Under the pieces are notes generated by a model, which worked only from the letters and a program-made list of their open reading frames with translations, ran no database searches and was not told the origin of the DNA. Of a stretch of DNA of 62,088 nt, positions 9,762-19,933 are shown one piece after another (position 1 is the first letter of the stretch; each line of letters starts with the position of its first letter). Position numbers and translations under genes: made by a program. Source of the DNA: a virus (taxonomy: Duplodnaviria; Caudoviricetes). The DNA is taken from IMG/VR virus record IMGVR_UViG_3300046007_006509, positions 1 to 62,088 of that record, one strand, 5' to 3'.

Positions 9762-11384
9762 ATGGCTGTCCCTACCCCCACAGAGGTAAGTCCCTGGTAT
9801 CTTCGTAACATTACCCAAGCCCTAGAGTTAAATGAGACTACAGGGCAAGTTCATGTTCGTTCAAGTATTGTTGGCGGAAATGTTACTATTGCTGGCAATG
9901 TTATTGTAAGTAATGTTACTGTAGATGCAATAGGAAACATTGATGTTTCAGGCCCAACTATGCCTGTCAGTGGCAACATCAACATTGATGCAGGTAATGT
10001 CACTGTATTTCAAGGCACTGATCCATGGATGATTGAGGGAAATGTCAATGCAAATGTGACAGGTAATGTCAACATTGATAACAGCGTAGAAGTTACACAA
10101 GGCACTGATCCTTGGATGGTTGAGGGTAATGTTGCTGTCACTGGTACAGCAAGTGTAGCATTTGCCCCGGAAGCAACAGATGCATTCGGTCGTTTGCGTG
10201 TAAGCAATCCATATACGCTATACGACACACAAGCAAGGTACTATGACCATGAACAATTTGCATCTGATGTTGACGGCACTGCAAATGTTGTTTATAGTGC
10301 AAATTCCAGCACATTTGAATTAAATGTTGGCTCCAATATTAATGACAGTGTAATTAGAGAAACTACAAAAACATTTCCATATCAGCCCGGTAAGAGTTTA
10401 CTTATTCTTAGCACATTCTGCATGAATACACCTAAGGCAAACTTAAGACAGCGTGTAGGGTATTTTGGCGCTAATAATGGTATATATTTTGAAGTAGATG
10501 GCACTACATTTAATATGGTTATCCGTAGTAGCAGTTCAGGTAGCATCGTAGAAGATAGAATACCTCAAAGCAGTTGGAACGGTGATACATTATCTGGATT
10601 AGGTGGTGCTAGCAATCCAAGCGGCATTGCATTGAATCCAGCCCTCGTACAAATTTGGTATTGTGATATCGAATGGTTAGGTGTAGGTAGTGTTCGTGTT
10701 GGATTTGTTATAAACGGCGTTTATATAACTTGCCACACATTTCATCACGCCAATACGCCGAGTACAGTTACTTCAATTAATACCACAACCTATATGACCA
10801 CTGCTACATTACCATTGCGTTATGAAATTACTAATACTGGCGCTACAGGTTCTGCAAGCATGATGAGACAAATTTGTTCTAGTGTGATTAGTGAAGGTGG
10901 ATTTCAACTTACAGGATCAGGCAACCCAAGAGCGGCATCACATGTTATAGGTAGTCCGATAACATTACCCAATGATGTAAGTTTTAAACCCGTCATTGCC
11001 ATAAGACTTAAAAGCACAATGTTAGATGCTGTAGTTGTACCGATCAACTATAGCCTTGTACCTGTACAACAAAGCATGTTCCAGTATCGAATATATAAAC
11101 GAGCAATTACAACAGGTGGTACATGGGTAGACAGTGCAGCAGACAGTGCGGTACAATATAATCTAGCACCTACTGCACTAGTAAGTGGTGATATTGCTGA
11201 ACAATCATTTATTAATAGCACTAATCAAAGTAGCGGATCTCCGACACAAGAAGCATTTGGATTTGAATATCAACTTGAGCGTGAACCATTTACAGGGGTA
11301 CCATACGAATATGTGATTATGATGGCAACAACAGGTAATGGACAAACGGTTTACGCAAGTATTGAGTGGCAAGAAATTACCTAA
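9762..11384 (+). CDS. virion structural protein (beta-rich)
   Basis: Late promoter upstream; N/V/G-rich N-terminal repeats, DAFGRLRVS and YQPGKS motifs seen in phage structural proteins. Confidence 0.65.
   Translation: MAVPTPTEVSPWYLRNITQALELNETTGQVHVRSSIVGGNVTIAGNVIVSNVTVDAIGNIDVSGPTMPVSGNINIDAGNVTVFQGTDPWMIEGNVNANVTGNVNIDNSVEVTQGTDPWMVEGNVAVTGTASVAFAPEATDAFGRLRVSNPYTLYDTQARYYDHEQFASDVDGTANVVYSANSSTFELNVGSNINDSVIRETTKTFPYQPGKSLLILSTFCMNTPKANLRQRVGYFGANNGIYFEVDGTTFNMVIRSSSSGSIVEDRIPQSSWNGDTLSGLGGASNPSGIALNPALVQIWYCDIEWLGVGSVRVGFVINGVYITCHTFHHANTPSTVTSINTTTYMTTATLPLRYEITNTGATGSASMMRQICSSVISEGGFQLTGSGNPRAASHVIGSPITLPNDVSFKPVIAIRLKSTMLDAVVVPINYSLVPVQQSMFQYRIYKRAITTGGTWVDSAADSAVQYNLAPTALVSGDIAEQSFINSTNQSSGSPTQEAFGFEYQLEREPFTGVPYEYVIMMATTGNGQTVYASIEWQEIT
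10011..10126 (+). repeat. intragenic direct repeat (QGTDPWMxEG x2)
   Basis: caaggcactgatccatggatgattgaggg at 10011 and caaggcactgatccttggatggttgaggg at 10098. Confidence 0.8.
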
Positions 11385-11414
11385 TTTGCATCCTAACATA
11401 ACATAAATACTGGT

Positions 11415-12962
11415 ATGAGTGGATCACCTAGTTTAGTAAAAACACCTTATACAAAAACACAATTTAAAACACAAAAGGATCTTGATGATTTTATAAAGTG
11501 TTGTGATCCTGACACGGGTTATTTACACTTTATGGATAATTTTTTCATGATTCAGCATCCTACCCGAGGTAGCATGGTGTATCATCCTTATCCGTATCAA
11601 AGAAGATTAATTGAAACTTATCACAATTATCGTTTTAGTATTAGTTTAATGCCTCGACAAAGTGGTAAGTCAACTAGTGCTGCAGGATATTTACTTTGGT
11701 ATGCTATGTTCGTACCAGACAGTACGATTCTTATCGCAGCACACAAATATACCGGTGCGCAGGAAATAATGCAGCGTATTCGTTATGCATATGAAAACTG
11801 CCCTGACCATATTAAAGCAGGCGTGACCACCTATAATAAAGGGTCCCTCGATTTTGAGAATGGTTCTCGTATCGTGTCAGCAACCACGACAGAAAATACA
11901 GGTCGTGGTATGTCTATTTCCTTGTTATACTTGGACGAATTTGCATTCGTTAGACCTTCCATTGCTGAATTATTTTGGACTTCTATTACGCCTACTTTAA
12001 GTACTGGTGGTAAAGCTATTATCACTAGTACACCTAATAGTGACGAAGATCAGTTTGCATTGATTTGGAAACAAGCAAACAAATGCGAAGATGCATATGG
12101 CAATGAAACTGAACTAGGGGTAAATGGATTTAAAGCGTATAAAGCACATTGGAGCGAACAACCAGGTCGTGATGACAAATGGGCAGCATCAATGAAAGCA
12201 CAATTAGGTGAAGATAGATTCCGTCGAGAAATTGGGTGTGAATTTATTATTGCTGATGAAACACTTATTGCACCTACTACACTAATTGATTTAGAAGGAA
12301 TAGAACCTGTAAGCCGAATGGGGCAAGTACGCTGGTACAAAAAGCCTGAAAAGGGTAGTATATATTGTGTTGGTTTAGATCCTAGTCTAGGTACAGGCAG
12401 TGATCCTGCTGCTATACAAATATTTGAAGCAAACAGCACAACACAAATAGGGGAATGGAAACATAACAAAACAGATATTCCAACTCAAGTAAAATTATTA
12501 GCACAGATAAACAAATACATTGAAGAATGCACCGGTGAGCCTAATAATATCTATTATAGTATTGAAAATAATAGCATTGGAGAAGCAGCATTAGTATCGC
12601 TAAATGAATACGGAGAAAGTAATATCCCGGGTATTTTCTTAAGTGAACGAGGAAAAAAACGCCGCGGATTTAACACTACACAAAAGGTAAAAATTACAGC
12701 CTGCGCCAAATTAAAAAGCCTCATTGAAAGTAAAAAAATGAGGATTCACAGCAAATCCTTAGTATCTGAACTTAAAACATTTGTAGCAAACGCTGGAAGT
12801 TATGCTGCAAAAACAGGAAACACTGACGATTTAGTAATGGCCAGTTTATTAACAGTAAGGATGTTACAGGAATTATCAGAATATCATTTGACTTTAGAAG
12901 AACAAATTCGTGACCATGATGAAATGATACAACCTTTACCCTTCTTTGCTGTGATAAACTGA
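11415..12962 (+). CDS. gp17: terminase large subunit (T4 gp17-like)
   Basis: Walker A PRQSGKST, Walker B LLYLDEFAF, ITSTPN, nuclease GLDPS and DDLVMA. Confidence 0.95.
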   Translation: MSGSPSLVKTPYTKTQFKTQKDLDDFIKCCDPDTGYLHFMDNFFMIQHPTRGSMVYHPYPYQRRLIETYHNYRFSISLMPRQSGKSTSAAGYLLWYAMFVPDSTILIAAHKYTGAQEIMQRIRYAYENCPDHIKAGVTTYNKGSLDFENGSRIVSATTTENTGRGMSISLLYLDEFAFVRPSIAELFWTSITPTLSTGGKAIITSTPNSDEDQFALIWKQANKCEDAYGNETELGVNGFKAYKAHWSEQPGRDDKWAASMKAQLGEDRFRREIGCEFIIADETLIAPTTLIDLEGIEPVSRMGQVRWYKKPEKGSIYCVGLDPSLGTGSDPAAIQIFEANSTTQIGEWKHNKTDIPTQVKLLAQINKYIEECTGEPNNIYYSIENNSIGEAALVSLNEYGESNIPGIFLSERGKKRRGFNTTQKVKITACAKLKSLIESKKMRIHSKSLVSELKTFVANAGSYAAKTGNTDDLVMASLLTVRMLQELSEYHLTLEEQIRDHDEMIQPLPFFAVIN

Positions 12963-12972
12963 TAAATACACT

Positions 12973-15078
12973 ATGCCAATTCAAACTGACTCATTAAACA
13001 GAAAATTATATGACCTGCTAAATTCTAGGGGTTATAATCCTATTCCTAGAGATAGCGATGTAAATAATGCGGGCAAAACTGTCGCCCCAGAAGAAGCGGA
13101 TGTTTTTAAATTTACATTTAAACAGGACAATAAGGAAATTGATGATGTTTGGGTAACCATCGATGGTGCTGAAAAATTAACAGTTTATTATGACCAATCG
13201 ATTGCAAGCAAAGCACAATCAAAAACTCCAGGTGCTGAAATTGATGATAGTTGGTATGGACTACTAAAATTTTTGAAAAAATGGTCTTTAAATAAGCAAT
13301 TAAGTTTTGCTTTAGAACCAAAAGAAAAAATAGATAGCGATATGGCGCAAAGGACTTATATGAAAAAGAAAGAACAAATCGCAGAGGGATATTACCCAAT
13401 GGGTAAGTCTGCAAGTTATAATGACAATATTCCAACTGTAAAAATTATATTACAGCACACTCGACAAATTCAAGAAGGTGAACAGCGTTATCGTAATGTT
13501 GCAAAAATTTTCTTAGAAAATACCCAAGGCGAAAGAATTCTTGCGCCAACAGTTAAGCCTGGTATTGCACAAATTTACGCAAGACATTTAGCTGAAGGCG
13601 GTGTCCCAAATGATGAACGTTGGAATCATATTAAATCCTTGTGCGAAGAATATACTAAAATGGCTGGATTTGTTCGTGCTGTTCGCGGTAATCAATTTAA
13701 TGAATCTGCACAAAGATTAGTTGAAGCAGGGCTAAATCATTATACAAGTTTGCGTGAATCATTAGGTAGAATGCGCGGACATCGTGGATACACTGCATAC
13801 TTTGAAAGTTGGACACCTACATTAATGGAAAATGAAGGTGATGAATCTACACTTAATGAATTATTTGTGCAAGAAACATTAGATCCAAGAATTGAAAGCG
13901 TTATTCCAATTCTTAATAAGTTAAGTAAAAATCTTGGAGAAATGAAAGAAGTTAAAGAATTGGAAGAGTGGGCAGAAGGTTTATTAGAGGCTCCGGGTGC
14001 TGAAACTTTAGCACACAATCAGCAAACAGAACTAAAGCGAATGAAGGCTTTAGATATGGATGAGTCAGAAGATGCCGAAGCTGCACATAAAAAGTCACAG
14101 GTACCAGCATTCATGCGTAAACAAAGTGGCGATCCTGATTGGAAAACAACTACACAAGATTTAGAAAAAGCTAAAGAGCGTAACATCAGTGGTAAAGAAG
14201 GATTAGCAGCATTAGCTAAACGCCTGGATCAAATTGATGAAGAAGAAGTTGAAGAAAGCGGACTACAAGCATACTTAGGTAATAAGAAGTATGGTAAAGA
14301 CGGTATGGACGCATTACGCAAAGCAGGTCGTGATGGTGCTAGCAAAGAAAAGATGGCAAGTATTCGTGCTAAGTATGACAAGTTAGATGAAGTTGAAATG
14401 GAAGAAGGTTTGGATGATGTCCGCAAACGCAGATTATACGATTTGATAGAGTTATTCCGTGACGCTACCGATCCAAGCGATTATTACGACCGTGACATTG
14501 AAGAACCCGAAGAAGTTCTCGCAATGATAGGAAAAGAATTTGGTAGCAAAATTGCTGACCAAGTATCTTCAGGTGCATATAAAATGCACTTCCCTAGACA
14601 TGAAATTCAACGCAGTGATCCACTAGGTTGGAAAAAACCTGTAGACAGAATTACAAAAGCAGGCAAGATGTATAAACAAGACAGCGATTACATGAAAAAC
14701 ACAATCAAGTCACGCTACAATTTGTCAGGTAAAAGTGCTACAGAGGATGTTGAAGAAGGACTTGATGCTAACCAAAAGCGTGTAGGACAATTAGGCCCAA
14801 CTGAGAAAGTTAAAAACAATAACATTGGTAAACTTGTTGGCGCAAATGAAAGTGTAGAGTTAAGTGAAATGGATAAATCACAACCTTCTAGCGATAGAGG
14901 CGGTGAGAGTTCGGGAGATCCGTATGCTAAAGGCAGTAAGGCTACACCAAGCAAAGCCAAAGACGCTGAGAAAGATGCTGAAAAGGTATTGAACAAGTCA
15001 ATGGATAAGGCTCACAAGAAAGATGTGAAAGAGGGTCAAGAAGACCTCGATGCCATACTAAGAATTATTAGAAAGTAA
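12973..15078 (+). CDS. large late protein, probable prohead core/internal head polyprotein
   Basis: Late promoter; acidic C-terminal half of short modules separated by V/L-x-E sites. Confidence 0.55.
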   Translation: MPIQTDSLNRKLYDLLNSRGYNPIPRDSDVNNAGKTVAPEEADVFKFTFKQDNKEIDDVWVTIDGAEKLTVYYDQSIASKAQSKTPGAEIDDSWYGLLKFLKKWSLNKQLSFALEPKEKIDSDMAQRTYMKKKEQIAEGYYPMGKSASYNDNIPTVKIILQHTRQIQEGEQRYRNVAKIFLENTQGERILAPTVKPGIAQIYARHLAEGGVPNDERWNHIKSLCEEYTKMAGFVRAVRGNQFNESAQRLVEAGLNHYTSLRESLGRMRGHRGYTAYFESWTPTLMENEGDESTLNELFVQETLDPRIESVIPILNKLSKNLGEMKEVKELEEWAEGLLEAPGAETLAHNQQTELKRMKALDMDESEDAEAAHKKSQVPAFMRKQSGDPDWKTTTQDLEKAKERNISGKEGLAALAKRLDQIDEEEVEESGLQAYLGNKKYGKDGMDALRKAGRDGASKEKMASIRAKYDKLDEVEMEEGLDDVRKRRLYDLIELFRDATDPSDYYDRDIEEPEEVLAMIGKEFGSKIADQVSSGAYKMHFPRHEIQRSDPLGWKKPVDRITKAGKMYKQDSDYMKNTIKSRYNLSGKSATEDVEEGLDANQKRVGQLGPTEKVKNNNIGKLVGANESVELSEMDKSQPSSDRGGESSGDPYAKGSKATPSKAKDAEKDAEKVLNKSMDKAHKKDVKEGQEDLDAILRIIRK

Positions 15079-15087
15079 TTCTCCCAA

Positions 15088-15111
15088 AAACCGCAGAAAA
15101 ATCTGCGGTTT
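15088..15111. terminator. stem-loop, probable terminator
   Basis: aaaccgcaga-aaaa-tctgcggttt, 10-bp stem after the stop at 15078. Confidence 0.6.
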
Positions 15112-15133
15112 CCCACATCTGGAATAAATACTA

Positions 15134-15162
15134 TTGACAGGGTGATGTTGTACTGCTATACT
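15134..15162 (+). promoter_or_regulatory. sigma70-type promoter for gp32
   Basis: TTGACA, 17-nt spacer ending TGc, TATACT; late TAAATA just upstream at 15125-15130. Confidence 0.75.
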
Positions 15163-15241
15163 TCATCATCGTGTTAGTCGTTTCATGGTGAGGCGGCGAA
15201 TATTAAAACGAGACCATCTCAATTTTATAAGGAAAAATATC

Positions 15242-16246
15242 ATGGCATCATTAGCAGAAATTCGTGCCCGTATCGCGGCACAAGAAAACAAACAACAAAA
15301 AGGCGCAGCAGGCGCTACATCTGATAACGCAATCTATCCCCACTGGAACATGGACGAAGGTACTACAGCGACCATTCGTTTTTTGCCGGATGCAAATAGT
15401 TCTAATACATTCTTTTGGGTAGAGCGTCAAATTATTAAACTTCCATTCAACGGCGTTAAGGGCGATCCTAATGTCAAGCAAGTCCAAGTTCAAGTTCCAT
15501 GTGTAGAAATGTATGGAGATAATTGTCCTATTCTTGCAGAGGTTCGTCCTTGGTATAAGGACGAGACATTGAAGGAAATGGCTAACAAGTACTGGAAGAA
15601 GCGTAGTTATTTGTTCCAAGGTTTTGTTCGTCAAAATCCTCTAGGAGATGACAAGACTCCTGCGAACCCTATTCGCAGATTTGTAATCAGTCCGCAAATC
15701 TTTGCAATCATCAAATCTAGCTTGATGGATCCTGAAATGGAAGAATTGCCAACTGATTATATGCGTGGTCTTGACTTTAATGTTAAGAAGACCAGCAAGG
15801 GCGGTTATGCTGATTATTCAACTAGTAATTGGGCCCGCAAAGAAAGTGCATTGACTGAGGCTGAACAAGCCGCACTTGAAAGTCATGGATTGTTTAATCT
15901 TACTGACTTTTTGCCCAAGAAGCCTACTGAGGCAGAATTGAAAATTATTAAGGAAATGTTTGAAGCAAGTGTTGAAGGCAAACCTTATGATAACGAACGC
16001 TGGGGTAATTACTATCGTCCGTATGGGTTGGATGCACCTGCAGGCTCGACCGCGGCTGAACCTACTGTGACTGCTGATACCAGCACACCCGCGAAGAAGC
16101 CCGTAGCAGAAAGCACACCCCCTTGGGATGCCGATGATGAATCTCAAACAAGTTCACAACCTGTACAGGTTCCAAAGACAACCTCAAGTGATAAAGCACA
16201 GGACATTCTAGCAATGATCCGTGCTAGACAAAACAAGTCTGCGTAA
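15242..16246 (+). CDS. gp32: single-stranded DNA-binding protein (T4 gp32-like)
   Basis: ATIRFLP, PC..YG..CPI, GLDF..KT.KGGYADYSTS; acidic tail; AAGGA RBS before ATG 15242; upstream of uvsX. Confidence 0.9.
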   Translation: MASLAEIRARIAAQENKQQKGAAGATSDNAIYPHWNMDEGTTATIRFLPDANSSNTFFWVERQIIKLPFNGVKGDPNVKQVQVQVPCVEMYGDNCPILAEVRPWYKDETLKEMANKYWKKRSYLFQGFVRQNPLGDDKTPANPIRRFVISPQIFAIIKSSLMDPEMEELPTDYMRGLDFNVKKTSKGGYADYSTSNWARKESALTEAEQAALESHGLFNLTDFLPKKPTEAELKIIKEMFEASVEGKPYDNERWGNYYRPYGLDAPAGSTAAEPTVTADTSTPAKKPVAESTPPWDADDESQTSSQPVQVPKTTSSDKAQDILAMIRARQNKSA

Positions 16247-16286
16247 ATTAAGTGGGGAGCTTTGCTCCCTGCCTAAGGAGAAAACC

Positions 16287-16520
16287 ATGACGCTACCAGA
16301 CGAAAGATACCGTGCATTAAAGCAAGGAAAAAAATTGCTTGAAGAACTTTGTGATCCTGGAAGAACTCCTAGAGTTCCAGCATTAGTCAGAGACAGAGCA
16401 AGAGGAGTGTTGAGACATTATCCTAGTGATTATGAACTAGAGCGAATCGCTGATAACTGTCCAGAATTTCTTGACAAAATTCCCTTTGCTGATAGACTGT
16501 ATCTAAACGCACAAAAATAA
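16287..16520 (+). CDS. small protein, BPSL0761-like family
   Basis: MTLPDERYRAL...PRVP..VR.RA..LRHYP pattern; AAGGAG RBS. Confidence 0.6.
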   Translation: MTLPDERYRALKQGKKLLEELCDPGRTPRVPALVRDRARGVLRHYPSDYELERIADNCPEFLDKIPFADRLYLNAQK

Positions 16521-16533
16521 TAAGGAGAATTTT

Positions 16534-16719
16534 ATGAAACTAGAAAAATTGGCTAAAGTCAATGATTCCTTTTCCGTCTATCGTTATGACAACGGTTGGA
16601 TGTTTGAGGTTAATGGACGAGATAGCAAAGAAGAATGGAAAGGTGCTAAAATTATTTGTAATACAGAAGAAGAATTGCTAGCACTGGTTAAAGAATATAA
16701 CTCACTGGAATTGGAGTAA
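16534..16719 (+). CDS. hypothetical protein
   Basis: AAGGAG RBS, 61 aa. Confidence 0.65.
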   Translation: MKLEKLAKVNDSFSVYRYDNGWMFEVNGRDSKEEWKGAKIICNTEEELLALVKEYNSLELE

Positions 16720-16721
16720 AC

Positions 16722-17789
16722 ATGGGAAAACCATTTGATGTTAGTAAATTTAGAAAAGATATCACCAAATCCATTGAAGGACTTAGTATCGGATTTAATG
16801 ACCCAACTGACTGGGTTAGTACCGGCAATCATGCCCTCAATTATCTCATTAGTGGTGATTTTAATAAAGGCGTACCTCTTGGCAAAGTTACTGTCTTTGC
16901 CGGAGAGAGTGGATCAGGAAAATCATATATCTGTTCAGGCAACCTCGTCCGACACGCACAACAACAAGGCATCTTTGTTGTCTTGGTTGATTCAGAAAAT
17001 GCATTGGACGAAGATTGGTTGAAGGCACTTGGTGTTGACACCAGCGAAGATAAGTTATTGAAACTCAATATGGCAATGATTGATGATGTTGCTAAGACAA
17101 TTAGTGAGTTTATGAAAAGTTACAAGGCTCTTCCTGCAGAGGATAAGCCTAAAGTTCTTTTTATTATTGACAGCCTTGGTATGTTGTTAACACCAACTGA
17201 TGTCAATCAGTTTGAAGCAGGTGACATGAAGGGTGATATGGGTCGTAAGCCTAAGGCACTTACAAGTCTTGTTCGTAACTGTGTTAACATGTTCGGCAGT
17301 CACAATGTTGGTCTAGTCGCAACTAATCACACTTATGCTTCACAAGACATGTTTGACCCTGACGATAAAATTTCAGGTGGTCAGGGCTTTATCTATGCAA
17401 GTAGTATTGTTGTCGCCATGAAGAAACTAAAACTCAAAGAGGATGATGACGGCAACAAGGTCAGCGAAGTTCGCGGTATTCGTAGTGCTTGTAAGGTAAT
17501 GAAAACACGTTACGCAAAGCCCTTCGAAAGTGTGCAGGTTAAAATTCCTTACGAGACTGGCATGAACCCATACAGTGGCTTGCTTGATTTGTTTGAGAAA
17601 GCAGGCTTGTTAACTAAAGAAGGTAATCGTTTATCATATACTACCGATGACGGTGAAGTTCTCAAGTTCTTCCGTAAGGGTTGGGAATCAAATGACGATG
17701 GCTGCTTGGATAAGGTAATGGTTGAATACCAGAAAAAAAATCAAAATAAACTAAGTACTGTAACTACTGAGGAGGAAGTTACAGAATGA
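16722..17789 (+). CDS. uvsX: RecA-like recombinase UvsX
   Basis: Walker A GESGSGKS, DSENAL, IIDSLG, TNHTY, SGGQG. Confidence 0.93.
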   Translation: MGKPFDVSKFRKDITKSIEGLSIGFNDPTDWVSTGNHALNYLISGDFNKGVPLGKVTVFAGESGSGKSYICSGNLVRHAQQQGIFVVLVDSENALDEDWLKALGVDTSEDKLLKLNMAMIDDVAKTISEFMKSYKALPAEDKPKVLFIIDSLGMLLTPTDVNQFEAGDMKGDMGRKPKALTSLVRNCVNMFGSHNVGLVATNHTYASQDMFDPDDKISGGQGFIYASSIVVAMKKLKLKEDDDGNKVSEVRGIRSACKVMKTRYAKPFESVQVKIPYETGMNPYSGLLDLFEKAGLLTKEGNRLSYTTDDGEVLKFFRKGWESNDDGCLDKVMVEYQKKNQNKLSTVTTEEEVTE

Positions 17790-18040
17790 GTATATCGTGT
17801 TTGAATATGGCATCAGAGGTATGGGATGCCTTAAGGTCTCATGTTGATTTATCAGAAAGAAAAGATGCGGCAGATACTCTTGTCAATCTATTAATTGATG
17901 CAGGCTATGATGCCGATGAAATTAAAGAATCGTTTCGCGGTGATAAAGACATTGGTAACGCACTGAAATTTTTCAAAGAGCAAAATGATACCGAGGAAGA
18001 ATACGAAGAATTTGATGAAGATGAAGATGAAGAATGGTGA
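17786..18040 (+). CDS. small acidic hypothetical protein
   Basis: Coupled to uvsX; poly-acidic C-terminus. Confidence 0.65.
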   Translation: MSISCLNMASEVWDALRSHVDLSERKDAADTLVNLLIDAGYDADEIKESFRGDKDIGNALKFFKEQNDTEEEYEEFDEDEDEEW

Positions 18041-18043
18041 TCA

Positions 18044-18502
18044 ATGAATTGGTACACAAAAATATCACAGAACCTTTCTGTGATACCAGACTTCATCACA
18101 CATTATGAATCTGAATTATCAGAGGCAAAAAAAGAAGTAAAAATTTATGGCAATGTAGAAAAGAACATTGCCAATTTGCCTGGTGTAACTGAACATAGAT
18201 TTAATCAGCTTCAAGAAATTGAGGCTGTATTAAACTACCTCAACATTAAATTAAGGCAAATTCGCCGAAAACATTTTCAAAAATATTTAGAAGCGTATAA
18301 TAGAGCATTGACTAGCCGTGATGCTGAAAAGTATGTTGATGGTGAAGATGAAGTCATTGACTTTGAAACCATTATCAATGAAGTAGCACTACTACGCAAT
18401 CGTTGGTTAGGCATTATGAAAGGTCTTGAAGCCAAACAATGGCAGATGGGACATATTGTAAGATTACGAACAGCCGGCATGGAGGACATTTCAATTGGGT
18501 AA
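18044..18502 (+). CDS. uvsY: recombination mediator UvsY-like
   Basis: All-helical 152 aa with DAEKYVDGE and C-terminal LRTAG; located near uvsX. Confidence 0.75.
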   Translation: MNWYTKISQNLSVIPDFITHYESELSEAKKEVKIYGNVEKNIANLPGVTEHRFNQLQEIEAVLNYLNIKLRQIRRKHFQKYLEAYNRALTSRDAEKYVDGEDEVIDFETIINEVALLRNRWLGIMKGLEAKQWQMGHIVRLRTAGMEDISIG

Positions 18503-19331
18503 TGTATATAATATTAAAACACAAGGTGCTATTGCAGGTGCAGGCCAACAAAATAGTGCAGGTTTGAATTTGGGATCGGTAATGACTACTAGTTCACAAG
18601 GTTTAAATTTAAATAGTATCAATGGAAATATAGGTGATTTACTTAAACAAATTACACCTTCAGGGCATATTAAAAAATATGAAGTTTATGAAAGCGAAGA
18701 AGATTTTCTAGCACTAAGCGTAGCTTGGTATAGGCTACGCAAAGAAAAAGATGCAGGAAAATTAATAGGTTATATTAACATTTCCTCACTTACAGATCAG
18801 GATTTGTACAAATGTGTAACCTCTGATGATAGGATAAAGGCAGAAGAAATTCGTGACTTTTATCAAAAGAAATTTCTTATGCTGACACTAAAAAGTAAGT
18901 CTCTTACAATGTTTAGAAAAGATTTGTGCGAATATGTTAATGGCAATAGTAAAATTGTGCAAGAAAAATTATTGCCAATGATTTATCGTTTACCTGAATT
19001 TTACGAATATGATATAGATTTTGATGATCTTAAAAGAGATTTTAATCATGAATTAAACGAACAACGAGTTCAAGGAAAACCTAGATCAGTGAAAAAACTT
19101 TTTCCTATACGGAAACTAAGTAAGAATACTAAGCGCATGAAGTATCATGAATATTGGATGCACACACCTGATAATGATTTAGTTGTCATGGTCTTGGATT
19201 TAAAAAATCCATTACAGCATCTATGGGAAAAAGAATTTGATAAACAATTTATTTCCATAGAGGCATACTATATGCCTAAGGTTCGTGATGACCTTCAGTA
19301 TTATCAATTAGGAAATTGGCAGGTTGTTTAA
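18495..19331 (+). CDS. hypothetical protein
   Basis: 278-aa ORF, TTG start after GGAGG. Confidence 0.65.
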   Translation: MGNVYNIKTQGAIAGAGQQNSAGLNLGSVMTTSSQGLNLNSINGNIGDLLKQITPSGHIKKYEVYESEEDFLALSVAWYRLRKEKDAGKLIGYINISSLTDQDLYKCVTSDDRIKAEEIRDFYQKKFLMLTLKSKSLTMFRKDLCEYVNGNSKIVQEKLLPMIYRLPEFYEYDIDFDDLKRDFNHELNEQRVQGKPRSVKKLFPIRKLSKNTKRMKYHEYWMHTPDNDLVVMVLDLKNPLQHLWEKEFDKQFISIEAYYMPKVRDDLQYYQLGNWQVV

Positions 19332-19514
19332 ATGCCACTTAGATTGCGACCATTCAATTTAAAAGCTCCGCCGGAGACCATTAAGTTGAGAAGTAAGTTG
19401 TGCAGTCAATGTGAACATTACAGACAAATTATTGATGTTTGTGATAAATGTGGTTGTTTCATGTTAGCTAAAAAAGCCATGAAAAACACGAAATGTCCTA
19501 TAGGTAAATGGTAA
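19332..19514 (+). CDS. small Cys-rich metal-binding protein (DUF6171-like)
   Basis: CSQC..CDKCGCFM..K...CPIGKW. Confidence 0.65.
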   Translation: MPLRLRPFNLKAPPETIKLRSKLCSQCEHYRQIIDVCDKCGCFMLAKKAMKNTKCPIGKW

Positions 19515-19599
19515 TATGTAATGTTATTGAGTAAAGTCCTTACACTTAATAGTGTGCCAATATATGGTAAATACTAGTTTGTGAAAGGAAACAAAAAAT

Positions 19600-19839
19600 A
19601 TGGAACATGTTAGCAAAGCATTTGGCATGGCGGGAGATTTCTTAAGTCATGTAATGAATTTAGGAATCAAACTGATTGCCGTAGGCGTTGTTCTACAAAT
19701 TCTATTCGGCGCAGGCGTACCTTTCTTAGGCATCGATGTAGTTGGTGCAATTACTAAGTTTGTTGGTGCTCTAGGTGAGAAGGGTCTTGTAGGCTTGATC
19801 GCATTAGCAGTTATATTTTGGTCATTCAACAAAAAATAA
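19600..19839 (+). CDS. small membrane protein (late)
   Basis: Two hydrophobic segments, AAGGA RBS, TAAATA at 19568-19573, followed by a terminator. Confidence 0.7.
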   Translation: MEHVSKAFGMAGDFLSHVMNLGIKLIAVGVVLQILFGAGVPFLGIDVVGAITKFVGALGEKGLVGLIALAVIFWSFNKK

Positions 19840-19857
19840 CTAATCACACACTAACAC

Positions 19858-19882
19858 AAAACCCGCCTAGTGCGGGTTTTTT
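19858..19882 (+). terminator. rho-independent terminator
   Basis: aaaacccgc-ctagt-gcgggtttttt. Confidence 0.85.
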
Positions 19883-19883
19883 A

Positions 19884-19912
19884 TTGACAATAAATGGTTC
19901 CTGTGCTAAACT
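19884..19912 (+). promoter_or_regulatory. early sigma70 promoter cassette 1
   Basis: TTGACAataaatgg, 17-nt spacer, TAAACT. Confidence 0.8.
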
Positions 19913-19933
19913 AAGTTTTTAGTAAGGAACTGT

